The notes under the pieces: generated by a model
Seen by the model: only the letters and a program-made list of their open reading frames with translations
The model's database searches: none
What the model was told of the DNA's origin: nothing
Source: Octopus vulgaris
Taxonomy: Eukaryota
DNA length: 64,000 nucleotides
NCBI GenBank assembly: GCA_951406725.2
Contig: OX597830.1
Location: 77,190,001-77,254,000, forward strand
Direction of reading: 5' to 3'
Shown: one piece after another, positions 1 to 13,665 of the stretch
Layout: the number at the start of each line of letters is the position of its first letter
Numbering within the stretch: the first letter of the stretch is position 1
Program-made: the position numbers and the translations under genes

Positions 1-987
1 TGTTTGTGTCTGTGTTTGCCCCCCTCCCCATCGTTTGACAACTGATGTTGATATGTTTACGTCTCCGTAACTTAGCGTTTCGGCAAGAAAGAAACCGATA
101 GGATAAGTACTAGGCTTAGAAAGAACAAGTCCATGGGTCTATTCTGATTTAACTAATATTGTGTACAAAGAGATAATAAAGATACGTTATTTTTCTTGCC
201 ACTGATGAACCCACACTTAAGAAAACTCACCACCCCAGATTGTTTTGTATTTCGTTACTAAATCGAAGAATGCTCAACACTAGAACAAATAAATAAAAAT
301 AAAGTTCCTTCAGAGTCATATAGACTCGCAGGGTCGATTTTCTTGGTTTCTGTGACATATATATATATTCCCCACCTGGATGGGACACCGGATTACTCAT
401 TTTTGCCAGATGGGTGGGACTGGAGCAACGTGAAATGAAGTGTCTTGCTCAAGAAAACCCGGACCAGGAATCGAAATCACAATCTTACGATTATGAGTCC
501 AATACCCTAATCACTAAGTCACGCATCTTCACGGAAAGTAAATGAACGGGGTAGTTGTTTCGTTAATGCCACTTACTGTTAAAAACTATATCTAAAAGTT
601 GTCCAAATATTAAATAGTAACTTGTCAAAACTTATTACTAAGATTACGTTTTTAAAATTCGGCTTTCATGTCTTCGTGATCTTTGTTGTTGGTGTTATTG
701 TTGTTGATAAGGGTTGAGCGAATATTGGTCATTGATCCAAACAGGTGTTCTTTGATGTCCCACTTGGCTTTCTCGTTTGTCTTTAAAATGCCAAGAGTAA
801 ATACTAATGCTGATTAAAATCCACCAAGGTAAGAAAATAAATTAGATTTATATGTTCCTGTCCTTCGATATATTTCTTTAATTTCACTGCCTATTTTACA
901 ATTATGCTCGCAAATACACAGTCGTAAAAACCAACGCAAATTGAGCATATCTGAAAATTGAGCTAAAAGAAGCTCGTCGTATATATG

Positions 988-1050
<63 letters not shown>

Positions 1051-1057
<7 letters not shown>

Positions 1058-1302
1058 TATGAAAGAATGGAGCTGAACGACGAATTAACAATATTCCTTT
1101 ATTTTCGACATATGTTTCGAAGGCTGCATATTCCTAATTGCGAAGGAATAAGGAGTACATTATGCCGCTTTCTCATCTGGAAAGCGATATAATATACTCC
1201 TTATTCCTTCGCAATTAGGAATATGCAGCCTTCGAAACATATGTCGAAAATAAAGGAATATTGTTAATTCGTCGTTCAGCTCCATTCTTTCATATATTTA
1301 TA
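1051..1302. repeat. Near-perfect ~250-bp palindrome (Penelope-type fold-back tail) with hammerhead-like motif on minus strand 1103-1183
   Basis: Arms of ~120 bp around loop tcatctg. Minus strand reads CAGATGA-gaaagcggcat...atgcagccttc-GAAAC-atat-GTC-gaaa. Confidence 0.85.
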
Positions 1303-1457
1303 ATTTTAAAATAAACATACAAATTTCCACACGAAAGCACGTAATCTATACCCTAGGCACGTAACTTCAACCGTGTTTTTTCTGATGTGAATTTGCTACC
1401 CAGGTATCGGTTAATTCGAATTATCCTTAATAAGATAATTCATTCAACTACTCATAT

Positions 1458-1507
<50 letters not shown>

Positions 1508-1576
1508 GCCATGGTAGATCGGTAGCCACACATTTTTTTCTCTCTTTGTTTCTCTCCTTGTTTTTTCTCTGTGTTC

Positions 1577-1612
1577 CTTTCTGTAGAAGAGCGTAGGCTC
1601 GAAACATAAAAG
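1577..1612 (+). ncRNA. Degenerate minimal hammerhead-like motif
   Basis: cttt-CTGTAGA-a-gagc(gtag)gctc-GAAAC-ATA-aaag within a ~170-bp dispersed repeat (~1535-1703). Confidence 0.45.
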
Positions 1613-2389
1613 ACTTTTGCAATTCCTGAGCGTTATACTAATATATCTGTTTGTTTTGTACACCACCTGTTTTCGTCTTTGTTTTTTTTCGTGAATTCTC
1701 CCTATGTATGTATGTATGTATGTATGTATGTATGTATGTATGTATGTATGTATGTATGTATGTGTGTGTGTGTTTGTGTGTCTGTGTTTGTCACCCGAAC
1801 ATCGCTTCACAACCGATTGTGGTGTGTTTACGTCTCCGTAACTTTGCGGTTCGGCAAAAAGCGACCGATAGCATAAGTACTAGGCTTTCAAAGAGTAAGT
1901 CCTGGGGTCGATTTGCTCGACTAAAGGCGGTGCTCCAGCATGGCCGCAGTCAAATGACTGAAACAATTAAAAGAGAAAAAGAGTAAAAGAATATATATGT
2001 GAAATGATCGATATTGAATTGATTAACTCACGGTGATTGAAAGGTAAAATTTGCTCTTGACGGGGTTTACCTTCGGAATGTTAAGGGGCGTAATTAATAC
2101 TACAAGGTATTTTTGTCGATAATGCCGTCATAACATCACTTCTTCATTGTTTATGATGGTTGATGGTATTGGTAGTGCTGGTAGTGTTAGTGGTGGTGGT
2201 AATGGTGATGGTAATGATGGTGATGGTGGCAGTGGTAGTGGTGGTGGTGGTGGTGGTGGTGGTGGTAGTGATGATGACGACGATGGTGATAATGATAATG
2301 ATAGTGGTGACGTCGAAGATGACGACAACGATGATGACTATGATGACGATGACAATGATGGTGATGATGACAAGATGATGATGATGACA

Positions 2390-2421
<32 letters not shown>

Positions 2422-3282
2422 GATCGTGAGGATTGTGTTGGTGTTTGTGGCGTTTGTATGGTTGGCGAAGACAACTCTTAGTTTATGGCAGCGGTGGCGG
2501 CGGCGGTGGTGGTGGTGGTGGTGGTGGCGGTGGCGGTGGCTGTGGTGATGGTGGCGGTGGTGATGATGGCGGTGGTGGTGGTGGTGGCGGTTGGTGACAG
2601 GTGGTAGAGGTGCTGGTGGTGTTTGTGTTATTGGGTTGTTTTCTTTTTTTTTTTGGTGGCGGCGTAGTTTCGGAATAACGATTCGGGATGTTGTGCGAGT
2701 TAGGAGGGGGTGGGGTGCTTGTAGGTAGGTAGGTAGGAGAGTGTGTGAGATGGGATGTCGGTGGTTAGAGGTGAGTGTGTGTGTGTGTGTGTGGGTGTGT
2801 ATGGGTGTGGATGTACGAATGGTATTTAGGAGCAGCGGTGCCGTTCGGTGTTGGTTGGAGCGGAGCGGCGTCCGGTCACACGAAGCAGACTCCGTTTTTG
2901 GCGGTGCGGTAGAGTTTAAAGTCATTTATCTTTATTAGCAGCGCCAACCCCGGAGAGAAACCGTGACAGGAGGAACCGCGTCTCATTATAGTCGCTCACA
3001 CAATCAGTGCTGGCATTGCAATGGCGATCGGTACGTCCTCGTATTGTTGTTGTTGTTGTTGTTGTAGTTGATATGTCTGTTGTTATTGTTGTAGGTTTTG
3101 CTGTTGTCCCGTTCTTGTGTCAGTCTTATTATAGAAGAAAGACGAAAGCAGGGGGGTGGGGGCGAGCCGAGTGTATGAGTGCTTGCAGGCCTGTGTGTGT
3201 ATGCGCGCGTGTGTGTACGTAAGGGAGGGTGTAAGGGAGAGAGGGAGAGAGGGAGAGGGAGAAAGAGAGGGGTATGTGTGTG

Positions 3283-3324
<42 letters not shown>

Positions 3325-3449
3325 TGTGCCAGTGTATGTTTCTGTTTAAGCGAAGGAGTGAGTGAGAGACAGAGATAGAAGGCGTATGTGTGTGTGTGCG
3401 TCCGCGTGTTTGTGTGTGTAACAGATTGAGAAACAGAGAAGGGATAGTT

Positions 3450-3482
<33 letters not shown>

Positions 3483-3620
3483 ACGTGTGTATATGTGTAT
3501 GTGTGCGTGCGTGTGTGTGTGTGTATGCGTGTGTATGTGTGTATGTGTGTGTGTGTGTCTAAAAGACAGTGTGGGGCAGGTTTCAGTAGAGCGATGGCAG
3601 CCGAAGATGAGAGAAAATGT

Positions 3621-3674
<54 letters not shown>

Positions 3675-4249
3675 AAAAAGAAAGGGAGAGACAGAAGGAG
3701 AGGGAAAGAGAGACTGTGAAGGCGAAGGTGGAGACGGAGCGTTGGAGATGGGGATCCTATGGACAATAGAGGAAGACAAGACAGAGAGGTAAATAGAGGG
3801 AAGTGAAGGCAAAGGTGATGTGAGAGAGGGAGGAAAGCGAAAAGAGTCGTTGAAAGAGTAGGAAGAGGAGGGGATGAAGAGAGAGAGAGAGAGGTTGCTA
3901 GAGTTTGTTAGTGTGATGGTGATGGTGGTGGTGATATTTGCGGTGAAGGGAGGCAGAAAGAGGTAAACGTATATATGACAGGTGGTGGGGGAAGGACATA
4001 TGGTGTTAAAGAGTAGAGGGGGCTAAAAAAAGAGGAGGAAGGGGAGATGAAAGAGGAAGAAAGTGTCAGAGGGAGAGAAATAGAAAATGAATAGAGGGAT
4101 TGAGAGACAAAAAGAGTGGAAGGAGGAGAGAGAGAGAGAGAGAGAGATAATATTGAGAATGAGAGTGAGACAGAGAGGTAGAGAGGGAAATTGGTAGGGA
4201 AAGACACACAAATAGATAGATATATAGATAGATAGATAGATAGACAGAC

Positions 4250-4302
<53 letters not shown>

Positions 4303-4317
4303 TATATAGATAGATAT

Positions 4318-4359
<42 letters not shown>

Positions 4360-4450
4360 CGATATATATATATATGTAAATAGATAGATAGATTGATAGA
4401 TAGATAGATAGATAGATAGATAGACAGACAGATAGATGGATATATAGATT

Positions 4451-4513
<63 letters not shown>

Positions 4514-4555
4514 GAAATGCCTGTCATGTATGTACTGTTTGTTTTTTCTGTGTCC

Positions 4556-4591
4556 CTTTCTGTAGAGGAGTGTAGGCTCGAAACATAAAAT
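4556..4591 (+). ncRNA. Degenerate minimal hammerhead-like motif
   Basis: cttt-CTGTAGA-g-gagt(gtag)gctc-GAAAC-ATA-aaat; same repeat family as 1577. Confidence 0.4.
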
Positions 4592-4864
4592 ACTTTTTTC
4601 TATTCCTGAGCGTTATACTAATACATTTGTTTGTTTGTACTCCACCTGCCTTCGTCTTTTGTTTATTTTCGTAAACTTTCCCTTTGTACGTACTGTTTAT
4701 CTGTTTGGGATGTGGCTTGCGTATTTGTGTGTATGTATGCTTTTGCGAGTAGGGTTACTGCGTGTATGTGTGGGACTGCATGCATGTGTATTAGTATATG
4801 CGTAGGTAAGAGAGGATGTGGGTGTGTTTGTGAGAGGGAGAAGGGAAAGAAAGAGAAAGAAAGC

Positions 4865-4905
<41 letters not shown>

Positions 4906-5045
4906 GGAAATAGGCACGTTTATAGGGTTAATAAGTTAGTTTTGAAATCATGGGTTTTCTGGTTCGGTCCCTCTGCATGGTACTATGGCGCAGTGCGTTC
5001 TATTAAATTCTGGGTTAAGTAAATTTTTATGTATGTATGTATGTA

Positions 5046-6335
5046 CGAGGGGCGTTCAATAAGTAATGCCCTTGACCCACTTCCCATAGCAGTAGAGCAA
5101 CGAAACTTGGCACAGTTATTAGTCTTTTTCTACATAGGAACCACGCAGAGTTACACATTTCTCCCATCGATTGATGCAGCTCTGGAGACCGATTTTTTAG
5201 AAGACCCCAGCTTGGTCCTCCAACCACGACGTGACTTCAGAAATCAAGGCTGCATCATCTGGGAAACGCTTTCCTTTCAAAAACAACTTCGTGGCTGGGA
5301 AGAGCTGAAAATCAGAGGGTGCAAGGTCAGAAGAGTAGGGGGATGGGGGAGGAGTTCATAGCCGCACGCCTGTGCTTCTGATCTGGCGACACGCGAATTG
5401 TGGAACGGAGCGTTGTCCTGCAGGAGGAGGATGCCTTTGCTGATCTTGCCCCGCCTCTTGATTTTGATAGCTTCTCTTAATTTCCTCAAAAGTGAAGCAT
5501 AATAGGCTCCTGTAATTGTGGTACCCTTTGCCAGGAAATCTGTCATCACTACTCCGTCCTGGTCCCAGAAGACTGTGAGCATGACCTTGCCAGCGGAGGG
5601 CTGCACCCTTGCCTTCTTTGGAGGAGGTGAGTCACGGTGCTTCCACTGCATTGACTGGGCTTTGGTCTCTGGATCATTGTGATGGACCCAGGTTTCATCC
5701 TGTGTAATCAGTCTTTTGAAAAATTTTGACTCATCGTCTTGGCATATCTCCAAATTCATCCTCGAGCACTCGACGCGTTCTTGCTTCTGGAAAGGTGTGA
5801 GCAACCTGGGAATCCATCTGGCAGACACCTTTTGCATATGCAAATGGTCATGAATGATAGTTTCCACAGACCCGGTACTAATCTTGACCTCATGGACTAT
5901 TTGGCGAATAGTTATGCGTCGATCTTCTAAAATGGCAGCCTCAACTTGGCGGACAGATGCCTTATCAATGGCAGAAGGGAGGAGACCAGATCTGGGAGCT
6001 GTTTCCACAGAGTTCCGACCATGTTTGAATTTACGATGCCAGCGTTTTACAAGGTCATATGATGGGGCATCATCACCATAAGTTACTTTCATTTCATCAA
6101 AAGTCTCCCGTGGTGTGCGTCCTTTCAAATACAAAAACCGGATCACTGCTCGACACTCAACAGGCTCCATTTCACACTTGACTCAGTTCAAACATCTGTA
6201 AATCAGAAACCACAATTAATTCAGAGCTGTAATTTTCCACTTCATCTATAGAGATATAAATAGTTGCACATGCAATTTCAGTTAGATCAAACAACTGCAA
6301 GTGGGTCAGAGGCATTACTTATTGAACGTCACTCG
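5046..6335 (-). mobile_element. Full-length mariner DNA transposon (~1.29 kb)
   Basis: Imperfect TIRs cgaggggcgttcaataagtaatgcc / ggcattacttattgaacgtcactcg; TA duplication at 5044-5045 and 6336-6337. Confidence 0.95.
5119..6170 (-). pseudogene. Mariner DD34D transposase, disrupted
   Basis: WIPRLL, TQDETW, QDNA. After a frameshift near 5340 another frame gives YSSDLAPSDF...GSYVEKD*, with one internal TAA near 5198. Confidence 0.92.
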
Positions 6336-6450
6336 TATGTATGTATCTGCAGATTTGCATGCTTTGTGTATGTATGTACAGATTTGTAGGCTTTATGTAT
6401 GTATTCTCATGCATATGGTTGCATATCTAGACATGGGCATATGTATTTAA

Positions 6451-7004
6451 ACGAGCAAAACGCCCCCCGTCCAATGGACGGTGCTGAATCATATCTGCTG
6501 AATAAAAAGCAATCAGTATTTTCTTTTCATTTTATAAATAATTAAGCATGCTTTTATTTCAATAAAATTTTTGGTTTTGTTAAACGAAGTTAAGGCAAAA
6601 AAAAAAACTTCTTGAGAAACAAAATAGTCTTTCCTTCCTTCATGCAAAGTTTGAAGAAAATATCTCTGTTGCATCTTACTTTTTTGGTCTCTTAAACATA
6701 CTGCATCTTGAGGCATTATTTCAAGCCAGCCGGCTTTCTTTTGCGCAAACTGCACGTGCATTCTTCTCGCGTACGCGTAGTATCGATCGCAACAGCTGAT
6801 GTTTTCGCGCGTACAAATGCACGTTCCCACGACTTTATCGATCGCATTCTCACCTGGAATCGATTTTTGTAATTTCTTGAAGACTTATACACGCCCTGAT
6901 ACCGTCGGAATCTACATATCAAATTTGAGCGCAAGAGGATGGAGGATGACCGAGATCCTCGAAGACACACACACAGACAGACAGAACGGATTTTATATAA
7001 TAGA
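6451..7004 (-). mobile_element. Non-autonomous Helitron-like element
   Basis: Minus strand starts TCtattatataaaat and ends with hairpin ccgtcca-t-tggacgg and CTCG; splits a LINE relic at an A|T. Confidence 0.65.
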
Positions 7005-7346
7005 TGATAACTTCTGGAAAGTCTTAAAGATTTTTACAGTTCCAGGGTCCCAATAGTTACAGGTATAAACTTGAACTTGTAATCTGGATAGTGTATGTAT
7101 GTATGTATGTATGTATCGAAACGTAAAAGACTTTCTCACTTCCTGAGCATTAAACTAATCCATCTCTTTGTTGTTTACACACTCGTATTCTTTTATATTT
7201 TTGGTAAATTCTCACTATATATGTCATTCAGTTTTATTTCAACATTTCTTGCCAATAGAGATAGAGCCAGTTTCTAACCTAGATCCAAGTCTCCTTCAAA
7301 GGAATTTCAACAATATCAAGATGTATATGTGAAGATTTATATGCTT

Positions 7347-7386
<40 letters not shown>

Positions 7387-7399
7387 CCAATGTATATAG

Positions 7400-7635
7400 T
7401 ATTATGTCTAGGTATGCTCATATAAATACTTAAATGATAAACTTCTGGAAAGTTTTACAGATTTTTACTGTTCTTGTGATGGCTTAGATCTGTATTCTTC
7501 GAATCAGCTTTCTCCTTTCTGGTTTAGAGAAGCCTAATTTTTCAAGAGTGGTGCTTAGGCAGTGTGTTACATATCCCAGAATTCCAATAATTACAGGTAT
7601 ACACCTGAACTTATAACCTGGATAGAGTAGCAGTA
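7400..7635 (-). mobile_element. 3' relic of an RLE-type non-LTR element; related pieces at ~6410-6450 and ~7005-7095
   Basis: Minus strand: LLYPGYKFRCIPVIIGILGYVTHCL. Confidence 0.55.
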
Positions 7636-9901
7636 CGCTCTATCACAAACATAAAGCGAGACATCTTGTTTTCGAGCTGGTGAGATGTTTGTCGTTTAAA
7701 CTAACCTCATTATTAGACTAGCAACATATTTTGGATGAAAGGTAAGATTGACCTCAGTAGGATATGAACTTTGAACGTAGAGAGCCGTAACCAGATGCCC
7801 TAATGCATTTTGACCAATGCTCTAACAATTCTGCAGCAACCCACGTATAAGATACACTTATTTTCTTTCTTTAATCTCACAAATAATTGCCGTATTACAA
7901 ATGGGAGTCCCAGGGTTTTTAGTCTAGGGAGTCAGAATAGCAAAAGTCTGCTAGGCCCAATGACAATTAATAACGATAACATTGAAAACAGGCCAAAATA
8001 TTACAGTCCGTTAGTATAAATATAAAAGTGTTGGCAGTAAGTAGGTGAGGTCACATTATCTCGTTATACTTTCCTTTCCCAGCATACATATTCCACGCCT
8101 TATATATATATATCTTACATTATGACAGTGTTACCTTTAGGGAACATTTTGATATTTATCTAAATGAAAATTCTCCGAGAAACTTTAAAACCTGTTTGAT
8201 AGCTATTTTCAGTGAGTAGATGCAATCAAATCATTGAAGCATTCCAAACTGGTGGTCCATCGCGGTTCCTGTCCAGTCGTTTGAGCGAACCTCAAACTCT
8301 TTTTTTATTTTATTATAAGACGCATTGAGCGAAGTTGATAAAAATAAAAATATATTAGAAATCTACAATTGTTTTTTAACGAACCACTAATGTCCATGAT
8401 AAATTAGCTACTAATGTTTCTAATAACTTTGAATAACTGATTAGAAAAACATCAAGGTGATTTAAGTTAATACCTATCAATCGTTGACGTCAATCGCTGA
8501 CGTCAATCGCTATATATACGACAGTATATATTTCGCTTAATATTTATCTTCGCTGAAAGTACCGTTCGCTCGAAATATTTCGCTCAAAATTAATAGCACC
8601 TCGTGGTTACATAACATCACAGCCAAAATTACGAGTTTTACATCTATTATGAAAATATAATAGCTATTTAAATACAATACTCATATTACGTAAGTTTACA
8701 TACAATGACTTTATGGCTTCATATTTTATTCAGGTATACAGTCACAATATCAAATATTCCACACCCACCAAAATAACACTTTAAATATCTTTCAGTAAAG
8801 GAATTTTTTTTCCATAAAATATACTTGTTAAGTAAGGTTACGTCTTGTGGGAGAGTGCTGGCAAGTACGGTATTCCTAACAGGCACAAAGCCAGCAATTT
8901 TGAGGTGAGAGTTTGATAGATACCATTGACTCCTTATTCGACTAGCACTTTATATAGTCAACCCCAGAAGGATAAAAAAATAAGGTTGACATTGATGGGT
9001 GGCATTTGAACTCGTAACTGCATACCGTAAAGCATTTCGTCCAACACTTAAATACTACTCTAAACCCACCACTCTAAGTAGTCGTACAAACAAGACAGAG
9101 AATTTGGAGACAGAGGTCAGTTGCTACGATCGACCTCTGTACTTGAGTAGTACTTTATTTTATCGACATTGATGGAATAAAAGGCAAAACTGACTTCGGT
9201 ATAATTTTAGCTCAGAACGTAAAACTGGAATAAAATATGGTAAGACATTTTGTCGAGTGCCTTAACGGTTCTGTCAATCTACCGACCGACAAGCAGGATA
9301 ATAATTTCAAGTGTAAATAATTTCAGCTGTTTCAGGGGATGTGATTTGTTGATCATATCGACCCCTGTCCTTAACCTGTACTTATTTTATCGACCCTGGA
9401 ACGATGAAAGGATAAGTCGAGCTCAGTTTAATTTGAACTCAGACGTAAAGACGGAGGCAACTACCGCTATGTATTTAGCTCGGCGTGCTCACGGTGCTTA
9501 TTTCTTTACTGCCCACAAGGGGCTACACACAAATGGGACAAACAAGGACAGATAAACGGATTAAGTCGATTATATCGACCCCGGTGCGTAACTGGTATAT
9601 GTTTAATCGACCTCGAAAGGATGAAAGGCAAAGTCGACCTCGGCGTGCTAACGATTCTGCCGACCAACCGCCCTACAAAAATAATAATAATGGTTCCTGA
9701 TCTAGGCACAAGGCTTGCAATTTCTTTAGAACAGAGAGGTAGACCCTCCCCTAAAAGTACTGGGTTCGAGAACATTGACCCCGTACTTGAGTGGTACTTT
9801 ATCTTATTGACCCCAGAGGGATGAAAGTCAAAGTGGGATTTTAACACAGAAAGGAAAGAGTTACAGTAAGACGAGAAAAATAATGAGAAAAAACATTTAT
9901 A

Positions 9902-9952
9902 CTAACCCTAACCCTAACCCTAACCCTAACCCTAACCCTAACCCTAACCCTA
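9902..9952 (-). repeat. Interstitial telomeric repeat (TTAGGG)~8
   Basis: Perfect (ctaacc)n array. Confidence 0.9.
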
Positions 9953-11902
9953 TAAAAGTAGCAGCCGAATACAGCATAAATTTACTCTCGCTCGTGGTCT
10001 TAGATGTGCTGAGCTTAAGAAAATAAACGTACTTCATCCTTACTTAAATGATCTGGACTAAAATGCCTTTGATCATAAACGGCTTGTTTGATGAGAGCGA
10101 ACCTAATATATAATCCCTTCTCGAGCGATGGGCTCGTAGGAACGGTTTCCCGGGTTCTATGGCGTGTATATTAATTCTCTACACGGGGCACCGGTCCTCG
10201 CATGATTACTCTTTTTTGTTTTACCAGATGAGTGGAGTAGATAAGTGTGAAAGGAAATGGCTTGCTCAAGACCACAACGCATCTCCCATTCCAGGATGTC
10301 GAAACCCCAATCTTTCGATCGATTGTGCGACATCATAACAAGTAAACCACGTGACTCCACAATCTAAGACTAAATAACTAGAATTATCTTCTTTTATCTT
10401 TTCCTTGTTTCAGTCATTAAACTGCGCCATGCTGGGGCATTATCAGCAAGGCATGGCTGCGTCGTTAAGAAGTTCATTTTATAACAACGTGATTTTGGGT
10501 TCAGTTTTATTGTGTGGAACTTTGGGCAAGTGTCTTCTCACACACACATACACGCACATATTGATATTAAAGAGAATGAAGGATTTGAACATACAAACTA
10601 TTTTTATTTCCAGTTTGTCTATTCATAATAATAGCCCAACTATTATTATGAATAAAATAACAGGGAAATAAACGTCAAGTTCCAGTGCTCAAATTCTGCA
10701 TTCTCCTTCTTATCAATATTGTACTTTAAACGCTAAGTAGCCTGCAGATAAACTGGAACATCGGGTGGGAGCTAATGGACGATTAACAAAAAAGCACCAA
10801 CAGAAGGAAACAGCCTTGGTTTTTCAACACACACCGCTTGACTATCGATGTTGGATTGTTTACGCCCCCGTAACTTAGCGGTTCGACAAAAGAACCGACA
10901 GGATAAGGACCAGGCTTAAAAACAGAAACAGGTACGGTGATCATATTGTTCGATTATAACTCCTCAAGGTGGTGCTCCAGCACGGCCACACTCGTGTGAC
11001 TGAGAGAAATGATGAGTAAAAACAAAATAAAAATGAACAGCGCTCTCACATACACACACACAACACACACACACACGGACACACATGCACACATATTTAA
11101 GCATCGAACCTACTCTTACAATCAAAGCAGAAAGTCTGTTAAAGAGACCAGTACTACACTGGCAATGATTTCCATTATCTGGTAAGCAGTGTGTTCACTT
11201 TCTTCCCTCCAGCTGGCTATTGAACAAAGCTTCTTCAGAACGAACGAGGCAAAGAGCTTAAGTTTTAAAGATGGCCGCCGCATTGAGTAGAATTTCATTT
11301 GAAATCAATAACTGTGATATTATTTCGGATCATTGGGTTGCCATTAAAATGGCATTTTCTGTCTTTGAATTAGCAAAGCTGCAACGAAAGGCTTTTGCGG
11401 TGGATTATGCAATAATGGCATGCAGTCTTTGGCATCGTTCTCTTTTCATGTGCACGTGTTTATGTTTGTGTTTGTAACATGTTTCTGCTTGAGTGTGTGT
11501 ATGTGTGTGCGAGTGTGTGTGTGTGTGTCTGTGTGTGTGTGATGTGTGTGTGTGTGTGCAAGTGAGAGTGCAGCGGCTGTTGTCTTGAGCCGTCAGCTTC
11601 GTCTTTGTACAGTCGTCCATTATTTTTTTTATCCCATAAACATTATATGCACATGCGCATGCGCGCAAGCACACGCACACACACACACGCACACATACAC
11701 ACATACACACAAACAAACAAAAATACACATATAGAGGGATACTGATACACTCACACTCACAAAAAGATTCACATACACTCGCACACACATATAAGTGTGT
11801 GTATATATACATACATACTTACATATATATATATACATATATACACGTATATGCATGGACACCTACACACACATGTACATACACATACGCACATACACAC
11901 AT

Positions 11903-11984
<82 letters not shown>

Positions 11985-13289
11985 GCAAAAAGTAGGAAAA
12001 GAAATTAATTGTGAAATGTATGGAAGACAAAGATAAAAAAGCAAGAAATAAAAAAAGTATTTAGAAAGCAACGTAAAAAGACCCAAATATCTTAGAAAAA
12101 AAGAATAAGCATACAAAATTCAAACTGTAGCTGAAAGAAAATAAAAATGAAAACGAGGCTAAGGATGAAAAGAAGTCAGCAAAAAATGAAATAAAACGGA
12201 AAATCTGTTAGAAATAAATTGGATGAAAAAAAAAAAGACTTTAAAACGTTATAAAATAAAGAAAATAGATAAGACTGCTCGTTCTTGTCTTTATTGTTGG
12301 CAGAATCGTTTGAGCATCGGATGAAAGTGCGTACAATGTCTTAGTAAAAGTTATTTTATGTACTGAGTTCAGATCCTGTCAGAGTCATGCTTACGTTTTA
12401 TATTTACAGATCAATAAACTTAGTAGTGATATAGTTAGAGCGATTTAAGTGGTTGAACTACTCTCTAATTGCAAATTCGAACCGATTCCTTTAAATTTTG
12501 CGTATTGTTATTCTTTAAAAAGTTTCAGTCATTCGACTAAAGCCGTGTTGGAGTACTGCGTTGAAGCGTTTTAGTCGCACAAATTCACTTTAGAATTATT
12601 ATATTTTTTTTCATGGTGATTCTTATATTATAGAACATTTTTATATACATGTGTGTATAAATTGCTAAGTTACAGAAATTTAAATAATATCAAGACCACT
12701 TGCCTAACATAAAGATACGAACATAGACTTGCATATAAGGGTAATAGGGTAAAGACTCTCTTTGGTATCAATGACCATGGGGTTGTGCCTAGAAAGTTAC
12801 CCTCCGAGGCACAAGTCCGGGCAAGGTTGCTTATGGAAGACCAGCAGTCACCCATCCATACGAGCCACCCCTCTCCGTGCTACCGATGTAATCCAAGGGA
12901 AAGGCAAAGGTCGATACAGCTTGGCACCAGTGACGTCACAACACATTTTTACAGATGAGTGAACTGGAGCAATGTGAAATAAAGTGTCTTGCACAAGAGC
13001 ACAACACACAGACCGATCCAGAAATCGAACTCACTATCTCATGATTGTGAACCCGACGCTCAAACCACTGAGCTATGTGCCATACACACACACACATACA
13101 CATAGAAGAAGGAGTTGTAGCTTGCCTAGAGTATTCTAATTTATTATATCATTATTATAGATCTAATAAGCTGTCCTGCTAACTTAATTCTAAATTGCAG
13201 GATACGGCAGCAACATATTTTCAATATATCCTACAAAATACTGCTTGTCACAATTCCATCTTTACAGAGACGAGCATCAACACTATTGC

Positions 13290-13540
13290 TCACCCTTTGT
13301 GCAAGGTAGACCTTGCTCTCTGATACTTTTGGTTGTTCCCCAAGATGAAGAATAACTTCAACGGCAGTTGCTTTAGAAATGAAGGAGGCTGTGACAACGA
13401 CCCCAGATACTTTCAATTTGGAAGGCCTCCATGAGGCCTTGACGAAGTGGCTGGAGCGCTACAACAACTTCACTGAAGTCAGAAGATCTAATCAGGAAGG
13501 AGAGTAGAGTTTAGTACTGCTTAGAAATTAACAAGTGTCT
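13290..13540 (+). mobile_element. Highly decayed mariner-like 3' relic
   Basis: Fragmentary similarity (HEALTKWLERYN-like) to mariner transposase C-termini. Confidence 0.4.
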
Positions 13541-13567
13541 CTTCTATATGTGTGTTTGAGTGTGTGT

Positions 13568-13611
<44 letters not shown>

Positions 13612-13633
13612 CGCGCGTATTTATGTATGTATT

Positions 13634-13665
<32 letters not shown>

